Shown here one piece after another: positions 28,060 through 39,779 of a stretch of 64,000 nt of DNA (position 1 is its first letter; each line of letters opens with the position of its first letter). Source of the DNA: Paramecium tetraurelia (lineage: Eukaryota); the NCBI GenBank assembly GCA_000165425.1, contig CT867994.1:186001-250000 (forward strand). Direction: 5' to 3'. Both the position numbers and the translations under genes were made by a program. Under the pieces are notes generated by a model, which was not told the DNA's origin, made no database searches, and saw nothing but the letters and a program-made list of their open reading frames with translations.

Positions 28060-28870
28060 AATTTATCAAATTTCAAGTGGAATCAACCAACAATGATTTA
28101 ATGCTTATTAGGCTTTTAATCTTTGATCAAATTTGGTTTGACTTTTTTATATCATATCATTGCAGTCATTTGAAACTTCTTTGAATTCAGGAAGATCTAC
28201 TCTATATTTACAAGATTTAACAACATTTAAGATATCTGAATCAATTGTTAAGTTGAAATTAAGAGTACCAGCCAATAAAATGTACAAAATCACCCCAACT
28301 GACTAAACATCACTGAGTTCATCATATTCCATCTAAAACTTCTGGAGCTATATAGTGAGGCTAATTTAAATGGTATAATCATACTGTTTCTGCCTATGAT
28401 TTTATTTGTTTCTTGCCATCGAATGTTTTTTATTGATTATTATTTAAAATATACCAAGCATCAAAACCTATGACTTTTATTGTGAAATTGGGGGTTTAAT
28501 CTAGGAATAGCAAGTGTTCTGGTTTAATATCTCGATGATATATCCCTTGGTTGCAGCAGCAATAAATGGCTTGCATGATTTATAAAAATATTTTTAATCT
28601 TCTTTTTCTGTAAATTGATCTTTCTTGGTCACCATTTCAAACAAGCTTCCTCCTGCACAGAGTCTTTATAATAATTAATTATATATTTCTACTTCCTAAA
28701 TAAATATTGTCTGAATCTTTGAAACTTTCAAACAATTTGACTTTATTCCGATGATCCTACAATGAATCTATAATTCATTACTAAATTTTGCATGAGTTAA
28801 ATTGATCTCTTAAAATTGTCTGGATCTGTAATTTATTTTTTTGGAATTATCTTTACTGTACTTTAGAATC
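28060..28870 (-). pseudogene. Frameshifted CAMK/CDPK-type kinase pseudogene
   Basis: VKIIPKK, LCAGGSLF, HRDIKPE, YIAPEVL fall in different frames (shifts near 28590 and 28330); DFG lost, DVW changed to DVQ; no start or G-loop. Confidence 0.85.
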
Positions 28871-29036
28871 CTAAACACAAGTATCAGGAATAAATATTGA
28901 GGATATTAAAAATAATAAAATAGATATTAATTAGTAAAAATACAAAGTAAATAAAGATTAAAGAATAAAACTAAATGAATTAATAAAATTTTGCTATTAA
29001 TTGCTCAAATTAATGAGCGAAATAGAATCATTTTTC

Positions 29037-29753
29037 TCATTCTTGAACTTGAACCATGACTATAGTATCATAATTTTGTAAAACTTCCTTGACTTATCTT
29101 TCATCAAAACTATAATATTGTTGTTATTTCCCATCAATCATAAATGAAAAATTCTTTAAATTGGGCGATATTGCCTCCTTCAAATCTAATAAGGTTTTAT
29201 TTCTGTTAATTTCAATTTCTCTATCTTTGTTATTTAAAAAATTATCGATTATTTTTAATGTCCAAACTTCATGAATTAATTTAATTTGGAGGTTGATTTA
29301 TGGTTCATTAAAGAGTTCTCCAATAGCCGATTTTTTTTTGTTTTGATAATCTATTAAAACGCTTTAATTATTAGAAATTAAATATAAATCATAAGTGTCA
29401 AATTGTTCTTTTAAACCTTAAGTTAGAAAATAATTGACTTATTCTATTAAGTCTTCTAATAAATCATTTTCCTCTAAAAAGCTGATAAAGAATTTGCCTC
29501 CAGCATTGGCGACTGAAAATTCATAAAATTTAACTTAAGGCATTACATTTACTTAATATAATTCTTTGGTATCGATTATTTCATTCTCATCCGTAAAATT
29601 TTTATCATTCATTTCTACGGAAAATAAATGAGGCTTTATTCTGAGTTTCTAACTAATGATATTTTTTAAATCTTTTAATTTGCTGCTTTAAGATGGGAGC
29701 ACTGCTTCAAACTTTTCTTTTCTCAATCCGCTTTAAAAATACACTTTTTGCAT
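29037..29753 (-). CDS. Protein with three tandem ubiquitin-like domains (~238 aa)
   Basis: Intronless ORF with three ~80-aa units carrying SKLKDLKNII, LLEDLIEQV and KTLLDLKEAI helices. Confidence 0.65.
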
Positions 29754-30667
29754 TTTATTTTTAAATAATAAATTATAATAGTTTCATAAAGAGATTTCTG
29801 CTAAGTATCATCAAATTATCGCAATGATTTCTAATATGTCTTTTGTTTTAGAGTTAATATAGCTACCATAATTTTCATACGCGATGTAATATTTATCTTC
29901 GAACTTGAATTCCCTAAAGTATCATAGAATTATTTACTTCAACATTGATCATATTTTCAAGTCAATCTTATTTCCCCAATATTTTTAATGCCATATTTAA
30001 ATGATCATACAAATTTGAGATCTAAAATAAAACGATTCTTCTGATATACCATATATATTCATAAAAATGAATTTTGTCATATAAACTAATTCAAGAAAAA
30101 GCATTATTGATTAGAAGGTGTTTTCATTTGAAGTTAAATCTCTTGTTGGAAATTAAAGAACTCTATAAACCTGAGAAGTACCTAGTCTCATATTAATAGA
30201 ATAAGATTTTATTTTTTTATCATTCTAATTTACCAATATTATCTGAATTCCAATAATAGTTCACAAATTTGGCTAGGTTCTAAGTTTGAACTTGTAGAAA
30301 AAGACGATAATCTTTTTTTTTAATTGATCAATGTAAGATCTCTTAAATCCTTAATCACACAAATATCACTTCTCGATAGTTCAGGAATTTATGAGATAAG
30401 ATTCTAATTAAGTATGGGATTTTTACCAGACTTTTAAAACTATTCTTTTTATAATTATAATATTGCCATATAATGATGTTTTTTTGACAATTTAATGGTA
30501 CACTACAGCATTCAATATTGAGTGGAATTAAATGATTTCCTGTTCATATTAGACAAAAAGAATTTATTACTCTGGTAGAAATACTTATAATAATATTTAT
30601 ATTTTTCATTTCTAAACTTACATACAGATAAATAGAAATTTATAGGAATAGATTATTAATAATAATA

Positions 30668-31852
30668 ATGAATATTAAAATAGTATATAACTCCAAAACC
30701 CACAAAATAGCCCCTAAACTTCAAACACTTGAAGACATCAAAAAAGCAATATTAATCCTATATCCAAAGCAATTAGCAGACGGATTGGAATTATATGTAA
30801 CATTGCATCCCGGTAATTTTTTAAAATATTTAATAGAAATGGATCCTTTTAAAATTTTAGATGATTCATGCTTTTTAAGAATTCAAGAATTATATCATTA
30901 ATTGAACTGGAAGTCAATCAAATTTTTAGTTAAGGATTTAATAAATCCTGATCTAACAAATGAAGATTTATAGATACTAAATTAGAGTGTCATTGTTCAA
31001 TCAACTGTATAATTATCTACATTCAATAATATCTTGTAATAAAAACCACAACCTAAACAAGAAGTTATAGAAATTAAGAAATAAATCGTGATATTTGATG
31101 AGAAAAAACCTGAAAACTTTTTAGCTTAATAGTATTTTCTATTCTATTATAAAAATTAGAATTATCAATGAATTACAGAAATAGGAAGTTTAAGAATTGG
31201 ATTATGAATCAGAGGAATTTAAAAAATTTATCATTGATCAAATTGATGAAAGATTAAAGTATTATGGAATAATTGAGAATTAGAATAAACCCAAAGTACC
31301 AGAATATTAAATGTAATTATAAACTAGAAACCTTAAAATAACAAAATTTGTAAATGAACAATTTTTGTTCTAAGTTTAAGTAATGAATACTGGCACAGCC
31401 ATTTGGAAAAGAAGGGATGTAGAACTTATAGGACTTAGCGGATACTATAAAAATATTTCGGTTAATGTAAATCAATAATCTATTTACAGTTATATGAAGA
31501 TACTGCTCCAGGATAAATAGCTACATTTAAATGCAATGCTTTTTCACCTTCACAGCCAATTTAGAATATGAAAAATGAATTTTAAGTAATGTTATACAGA
31601 TTATCAGAATAGCTAGCTTATAATGATGGAAATTAACGTAGGTTCTTTGGTGAAATAATATTAGTCGAAGTCACATCCCTATAAAATGTTGTAATTTAGC
31701 CAAATGAGAAGAATGTCGATTAGAAGAAGGTATAGTAGCTGATGGAAAATGCATAAATTTCAAGAGTCAAAGCAATTGAATTTATTCAGTTTTATGGGGT
31801 AGATTCTGGAATAGATGAAATTATTATGGCTTATTTTGATTAACTTTAATGA
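30668..31852 (+). CDS. NBR1-like protein: PB1-like, FW (Ig-like) and UBA-like domains
   Basis: MNIKIVYNSKTHKI..LEDIKKAI; VMNTGTAIW...PGQ...SP...FFGE; C-terminal KVQQLMENAQISRVKAIEF. Confidence 0.7.
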
Positions 31853-31933
31853 AGTTTAAGTTTACATTTTAAATATCAATATATATCTAAATTATTTTAG
31901 TTTAGTTTCAAAAATTAAAATTATATAAATAAC

Positions 31934-33313
31934 TCATAAAATCGGGTAAATCGTATCTAATATTTTCAAATAAGTTTTTCAAATCATCTATGGACATACA
32001 TAGGATAATTTGATTATTTTCTAAATTCTTACTTTATTATTGAAGGGAAATGAATTTCTATTTAATTAAATTATCTAAAGCTTTATTCAACACTAAAGGT
32101 GTAAATTCACTGGCTGTTTTATGATGTTGTAATTTGTATGTTTACATGGCCTTTTTGGAATGCTAGATAATGTCATCAAACATGATTTGTGGCTTTTGAT
32201 GCATGATCAAATTATAGAAGGAAAATAAGATCACATACTCTGGTTAAGAGAGAACTAGATTAATAAAATTAAACAATTCATACGTTTTCCATTTTCCAAT
32301 TTAACATTTGGATATATCCATTTCAAGCTTTATTCCATCAACTCTTAGAGACTGATTGGTTCTGCTGAAACATTCCTCTCAAATTTAATGGAATCAACCT
32401 ATTTTTTATCAGGCCTATTGAAACGTGATCCGGCCAAAAAAAAGGAAGATCGAAACAAATAGATCAGTTTACTGATTGACACTTAAAGGGATTGCAATTT
32501 GGCAAAGTATTCTTCAAAGGATTTTGATAAAATGTAATTTTCGTATGTGTTGATGACTTGATTCCTATCTATTTATTCTAGTCTAGTTAATAGAACCTTT
32601 TGCACAAATTAGAAATCAAGATCCATAAAGAAATAGGGAATATTTTGAAATCTACTTTTAACTCTTTTTTCTAGTTTTTCTTAAAATAATAAATCTGAAG
32701 TGATTCCTACAAAGATGATTGGATACTTGGATTCTCTTATCCATTCAAGTATTGAATATAAGAAGAATTGTTTTTTGACAGTTGCTAAGATTTCCACTCT
32801 TTCAATTACAAGCACAATACCATGAAAAGCATTTTCATATTGTTTGAAATGTTTCATCAATTCATCAACAGAGAGCTTGTTAATTTTGGATTTGATTTGT
32901 GCTGTCTATAATAATTGATTGTTGATTGCAGATAGAATGTTGCCCTCAGATTTATGAAGCTAAGATGATTTAAATTTTATACATAGGCATTGACAAATAT
33001 TTTTATGATTTTTTTAGATTTCATCTGCAAATCTTATTCGCAATTATCTATAGCCTTTCTGATTGCAGATTTTCGACCAAAGCCTTCTTAGCCATAGAGC
33101 AGAATTGTATTATTGGTTTTGGTCTTCAATGAGTCTTTTAGACGATCAGTCAAATCTTTAATTTTGTCAGATTCATCAATGAGGACATTGTTGATAACAT
33201 CTTCAGAGAAGTATTAAGAAAATTAGGCATAAGAATCTATTCGTCTATTTAATTCAGCTCTTATTACCTGTTAAATCCTGACTCATGAATTGAGTCAACA
33301 AGAAATTTTGCAT
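31934..33313 (-). CDS. ORC4: Origin recognition complex subunit 4
   Basis: NNTILLYGQEGFGRK, KQFFLYSILE, LEKRVKSRF. Confidence 0.9.
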
Positions 33314-33350
33314 AAATTAAAAAATAATTATTCAACCAATTCAAAATGAA

Positions 33351-34667
33351 TCATAACTCTAGTTCTTCTTTGACCATGTTTACAATTTATTGGATTCCCA
33401 TTTCCGGATTCTTCTACATATAATCATCAACTTTGTTTCTGATTTCTTTTTTGGGGGTATCTGAGAAGAGACTCTTTGAGATCATTTCCACACACTTTTA
33501 AGCCTTTCTTTCTCTACTCAAATCCTTGATTTTGAATTCAGTGACACACTTAGAACCAATCCTCCTCTCTTAATCATTTTCATCTTTGTAAAACATAACC
33601 CAAGTGTAAGTGTATGCTCCAGCATTCTAAATACTTAATGACAAAAAGTACTATAGGCGATTAAAATTAAAGACTCAAACTTCGTTTCTCACCAGGATTT
33701 AATTAGGGAAGATATTGAATGTTTTGTGGATAATGTCCAACCTACTTAATATAAACACTCTCAGGCCAGCGTTTCAATCCATTATTAATAATAAAGATGT
33801 CTATTTTCGCATATGTATCAGCATTGAATTCTTAGATTTTCTCTTCTCGTTTTTCATACTTGACACAGAATTCTGGAAGATGGCCAGCAATAATAGATGA
33901 CCTAATATATGAACTTCCCGGATGCATCAATTGTGATTTAGGTATCTATTGTTATACTTCAGATTGGCGATGAATGTTGGTTGATTTATTCATGATATTC
34001 TGTTTATAAAATTGTGATTGGACTGGAGTGTTGGTTTGTCTGATAGCTGAGACTTATTGATTCTGTTGGATTTGTAACTATTGTTATTGAGAAGGTTGGA
34101 TAGCAATGATTGATTTTATTGGCTTGCTCAATTTGCTGAATTGTTCCAAGAATAAATCAATGTCTTAAATATTTCTCTTGAACTACTTTTTGCAACTATA
34201 TCAAACATACTATATTACAATGCTTGGAAATCCTCTTTGTCTATCAATTCATGAAGACATTCCTTAACCAATTGATTAAATTCTTCGGGTTTCACTTGTT
34301 TCTTCTCTTAACAAATCACACACCCTGACTAATCATTCTCGCAACAAACATTGTTGACAAATAACTATTACATGAAGAAATCGAAATAATTTTTATCCTT
34401 CTAATTGTCCTCTACTAAAAATAACTCTCTCACATCTCCGCTGTTAACCATATCCATATATTATTTCTCACTTTCAATATACACTTCAGTGTCCTTCTCC
34501 TTATAACTACACAATGATCGATACTATATTCATTACTATAATTTGAATTTCGCCAATTTAAACACCTGGCTCAAATAGTCCTTCAAAACATACAGCTTAT
34601 CGTATTCTTTGGACTCAATAACACAAGATTTCTAACCGTGATTCAATTTAATTTATTGCGAAGCCAT
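33351..34667 (-). CDS. Second NBR1-like protein: PB1-like, FW and UBA-like domains
   Basis: IKLNHGQKSCVI..LKDYLSQVF; INNGLKRWP...LNPGE...SP..AGAYTYTW...IG; helical C-terminus. Confidence 0.7.
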
Positions 34668-34761
34668 TTTATATAATTATATTTATTCTTATAATCAAAA
34701 CTTTAAATAAGAGATATCTAAATCCTGAAACATCTTTAATCTTAAATTATTTACATCCACA

Positions 34762-36180
34762 TCAAAAAATAAGTCCCTTTACAAATTTTTCAGGAATCTA
34801 TTCTAACAAACCCAGAATCTTATGGATTACTTAGGTATTTGACTCAAACTTATCAAAAATTCAACATGACTTTCAGTTCTTACAATTACTATTTGAATTT
34901 ACTCTCTCCCACTTATCTACGCAGCCATATTTATAATTTATAACCAAAAACTTATAAACTTGCTCTTGTATCCATTTATCTCTAAGTCTACGCAGCTGAC
35001 TATTTAGATGTTGCAGTGTCTACTTTTTTGATCAATCAATTTGACAATCTGTAGAAGAAGAGTTCTAGGAGAAAATCTTTTGATTGTCTAATCATCCTAA
35101 TAAAGAAGACATAGGTAATTGATGTTAAGATTTACGATTTTTGTGAATGAATTTTTGCAATTGAAGATTTTCTTTAGATTTTTCATGTAATTGAAAAGAT
35201 ATAATTGAAACGCCTACTTTTGCTTTAATATAAGTTCATTATTAATTTTGGACTGCGAGATTATGCTTATAATGTAAATATGAGCATCGCTAAAGATCTC
35301 TGTATATTCGATAAATAAGACGCCCTTTTTCTTGTTCTGACAACTCATTTCGAATCCCTGAATCAAAGGCACTCTGCTTTTGGCTCTCCTCAATATGTAA
35401 GACTCAAGAGTCTAATTTTGATAGGAGTACTCTCTTAATAGATTCCTTAGGTTGCATCCGTCACATAATTCCTACTTATATATCGGTATTTCTTCTTTTC
35501 TGTGAATCTTTTTGAGGAGAATTTGAGTGTGGTCGTATTCAAAATGAAAAAACGGTTTTCTAATCATGCTGGGTAAATAGTCATCTTATATTAAATTAAT
35601 ATATACCCCAATGATTGTTTTTGAGGGTTAACAAAAACTATTGTCTTCTATTTTAATCACTCCTAAATTGAACAAGGGCCAAAAAAATAGACATTGAAAT
35701 TGTGGTAAAAATGGTTAGATAGTCGATTTCCTCCAAGTAAATCAAGAGTGTTATTCTGGTAATGGCTATGATGAATATTTGAGTAACAGATAGGACGAAA
35801 TCCGATCTTTGTAAGAGTATCATTTGACTAGCCATTAGATTCGCACCGAAAATGAATATTTTTTGCTCCTTCTAATTTTTTAATAACTAAAATTGCATCA
35901 TGCATCCAACTATGTTTAAAATACAAAAGTAATAATTAAAGTGGGTGTTCTTGTAACAATAGATTACAAATAGTGTGACAAGGAGACAACTCAAAAGAAG
36001 CTCTAATTACATTACAAATTGATTGTTGGTTTCGATGATATTTTGAATATACGACACCGTATTCATAATAAGATAACTAAACAGTATTGCATAAAAGACT
36101 CGTTTCCGCATAAAAATCCTGGTTGCTTGATATTGGATTTCAAGATCACTATGGTAGAATGTGAGTGTGAATTTATTCAT
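34762..36180 (-). CDS. Multi-pass membrane protein (MNKFTLxF...ELE..YQ type N-terminus) with a cytosolic C-terminal half
   Basis: MNKFTLTFYHSDLEIQYQ followed by about six hydrophobic segments. Confidence 0.7.
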
Positions 36181-36288
36181 AAAGCGAAAATTTATTAATG
36201 TAATTCGGCTTTAAATGACAATTTTAATGATGGGTGAGAAATATATGAGGAAATTTCAATTAGTATTATTTATAATTTATATAAAACT

Positions 36289-38354
36289 ATGGATGGGGGC
36301 GGTTCTACTTTTGATCTCACTGCACCAGTGTAATTGATGCAGCCAAAAATAAACGTTTAGAAATAACAAGAACAAACAATCAATAAGGGATAGAAAGATG
36401 TAAGAAGCATTGAATAAATCAGTTACAGCCATAAAAGACTTAAAATTCAACCTCAAAGCTTCCCTAATTAAACAATAATCAGAATGCTTCGAAAAGTGTG
36501 AATCAGAAGGCTTAGCACTCTGGACATCAACATTCTCCAAAGTCGCTTTAGAAAGTAAAAAAGATGGAACTGTTTCGAGATGCTTTATAGTAGGCAACCA
36601 CGAAATTAATACGTCATTGATCACATTCCATCCTTAGCTCCTGGGAAGAAGGACAAGGAAAAAGCACAGAAACCCAAACCTTTACAGGAATCTCAATAGT
36701 AATAGATAGAAGAGATAAAAAAAGAATACGAGGATTTGGTGTAAAATCATTATAAAGATTTATATGCTCATATTGGAAATGAACAATAAAAAAGTTTGCA
36801 TGATTTATATAATAAAAGAATCTTTACAGCATTACAAGATTTAGAATCAAGGCCAAAAATATAGAGCGCCTTGGAAAGAAAAGAGGAATAATTGAATAAA
36901 TAGCGATTGTATAAGGATAGATTGTTGTATGAAATCAAACAGATGATAATTAAGAGTCGAAGAATGGATGAATTATTGAACGATTTAACAATTCAGAATG
37001 ATGACACTGAAGTCAAGGAATCAATTGAGGAATTGCTTCAGAAGGAACAGATGCAAGAGGAGAAGATGGCCAAACAGACATACGAAATAGCTAAACTCAG
37101 AGACATGTTTGGAAAGCGAAGTAATTAGAATAATTAAATCAAGGAAAATTGCTGTTGGAAGTCCAAAAACAATGTTAGATTACCTATGATGGATTGAAAA
37201 TCAAATACCAATAATATGAGGCTTCTTCGTAAAGTATGATGAGTCGTAAGAAGCAATTGGAATCGTTGTCAAAGATAGTGGCCAAATATAGGAGTGAATT
37301 TCAAAATTAATAGAACTTTTTTGGAGCAAGTCTTAAAAGGGGATTTGATCCCATGCTTGAGGAAATCTTGGAAGATGAATTATCGAAATGTGGTGATTTG
37401 TAAGCTTTGGAAATTGTTTAGTAAGGAGAGAAGAAGATCATTGCTATCAAAGAAGAGAACGAAAAAGAAGAAGAAGGGAGAGTAAAAGGATAAAGCTAAA
37501 TTAGCAATTGAGAATGCCACTCAAAACATCAACAAATAAAAAAATGATATTCAATAGGAATTAGAAAAGAAAGTAAAAGTATATGTATAATTTAGAAATA
37601 AATGTTTCAAAAATTGAGAGTGGTCACCAGCATTGCTAATCAAGAAGATATGCAGAAGTACAAACTCAATATGGATTTAGATTAGTAGGAATTGAAAAAC
37701 ATATAAGAATATGTAGGCAAAGAAATTGAAAGGTATGAAAGACAAAATGAAGAATTGAAGGGCTGAAATCAAGAAAGTTGAAATATGAGTAAGAGAACTC
37801 TATTTTGGATGCTTAAATCAATTTGGATGAACAAGAAAGAGAAGTCACTAAACAATAGGATCTACTTTAAGAAAAAGAAAAGTAAGTTAAAAAAGTTGAA
37901 AAGTCTATTGATGAAGTTACTATGTCATTATCCAGAATTATGTATCAATTAAGCGGGAAAGGAGTGAAACCCAAGAATATCGAAATTAAGAGACATGCCT
38001 TAGTTGCCACTGCCTCTACTATACAGTTGAGATTAGAAAGAATGCTCACTGTCCTATCAAAGACTTAGGAATTTCTGAATGAGGAATCCATCAATACAAA
38101 TCCCAGATATAGTAAAGTTGAAGACTTTATCTGTCTCAATCCTAAGGTAATCTTGGTCTCTATTTAAGAGTTACATCTATTAAGAGATCAACGATAATCT
38201 AGAAACCAATATTAAGTTTGTATACAAGGAAGAGGACAGCTCGGATGAGGATGGCAAAGACATGGATGAAGTCAGACAACAAGTCAAGGCAAGAGCATAA
38301 GAAGACAAGCCTTCAGTGGTAGTCCCATCCAAAAAGGATAAAAAACCTAAGTGA
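36289..38354 (+). CDS. Long coiled-coil protein (possibly ODA docking-complex/CCDC-like)
   Basis: Spliced code-6 ORF with E/K/Q heptads; FQKLRVVTSI segment; TGA at 38352. Confidence 0.7.
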
Positions 38355-38372
38355 TATATATATATATATATT
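38354..38372. repeat. (TA)n microsatellite
   Basis: atatatatatatatatat directly after the stop codon. Confidence 0.8.
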
Positions 38373-38437
38373 ATAAATTAATTATCCTTATAAAATAATC
38401 ATGGAAATAAAGGAAACATTTAGTAACTAACTACACC

Positions 38438-39415
38438 ATGGAATTTCAATAATAACAATTCGATGTCGAATTTGTTCACGGCAAACGATATCTCAATAGC
38501 ATTGAATACTATATTAAATGGGTTGGATATTCCAAAACAGAATCCACTTGGGAACCAGAAACTGCCTTTGAAGGAATTTCCAATTAATTGATAACTAGAT
38601 TTGAAAGATGCCAAAATTATAAAAATTATCATACCAAAATTTATAAAGCAAATAGCCATATCAAAATTAGAGTCCATATTATGAACAAAGGGTGCTAAGT
38701 CTATAAGAAATACACATCCGAAAACAAATATGCTCTATTAGGCCAAACCAACAAAACTGAACTCAATGGATAGAGTGTTAAATTCATATAAGAGCCTAAT
38801 AACAATTACAAAAATTACGAAAGTAACTCAATTCAATCACACTTTATAGATAGAAATGACGATAAAGAAGACTACGACTTCTATATGAGAAGAGGCAGAG
38901 GCAGACCAAGGAAGAGTGAAACTGATAGGGAATTCCTTTCTTATAAAAATGACTATAAAGTAGAGGCACCAAAATATTAGCAGAAGCAATACCCTATGTA
39001 AACTACAGAATGCAGCTTTAAGTATGGCCATTATAAAACGGAAAAAGAGTTCATTTAGGAAATGCTCATGGTTATTAGAAAGAAAGAGTAAAAGAAAAAA
39101 AGAGATGAAGAAGTCATTATTTATAAACCACAGGCTTCCTTACCTCCTGGTTATAAATGTCAATACACAGATTTGCCAAAGTTCAATCTCCTCAATCAGA
39201 AATATTATGATAAGAACTCCAAATGCTAAGTAAGTGATGGCAAAATTCCACTAGAATGTATTGTTTCTCATCATCTTATGCAAAACAAGCTCCTTGTATT
39301 TAAATGCAGAGACAATGATGAATAAGTTTGCTATTTTGATTTTGATACTCTAAAATCTTATTATCCTACCCTACTCCTTGATTATTTATCCATATCCTCC
39401 ATCTGGAAAAAATGA
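38438..39415 (+). CDS. HP1-like protein: chromodomain, AT-hook and chromo-shadow-like domain
   Basis: FDVEFVHGKR..IEYYIKWVGYSKTESTWEPE; RRGRGRPRK; C-terminal ..TLKSYYPTLLLDYL..IW; intronless, 325 aa. Confidence 0.88.
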
Positions 39416-39472
39416 ATTCAATTATTTATAATATTTAACATTTATTTGACTTGATAGCTCCTTATTTATAAA

Positions 39473-39670
39473 ATGGGTTGTAAAGAATCAAAATAGAATT
39501 AAATAATCTCTAGCCTCTAACTAAATGAACCCACAAATTCACTTATACTACTCACTTAAGGAGATGAACGCAATTCAACGAACACCCATTAAGATTAAAG
39601 AAAATCAAGTAATTAGTTAATAATTTCTTAAAATACCATTCTAAAGAGAAGAACCTAATCCCAGAAATGA
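39473..39670 (+). CDS. Small (65 aa) N-acylated protein
   Basis: MGCKESK myristoylation/palmitoylation-type start; ends NTILKRRTQSQK-TGA. Confidence 0.65.
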
Positions 39671-39779
39671 TAAATACTTTCATATTATCTATCATAAGTT
39701 AATTTTATTTGAATTCTGTGAAAAAATAAAATGGAGTTAATAATTGAATCAAAAATGAAGCTTAAGATAATGCTTATAA

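Noticed and set aside
29760..30660. Unusually long intergenic stretch, possible decayed gene or retained IES
   Set aside because: No sustained frame or motif; TA-bounded IESs cannot be called without MIC/MAC comparison
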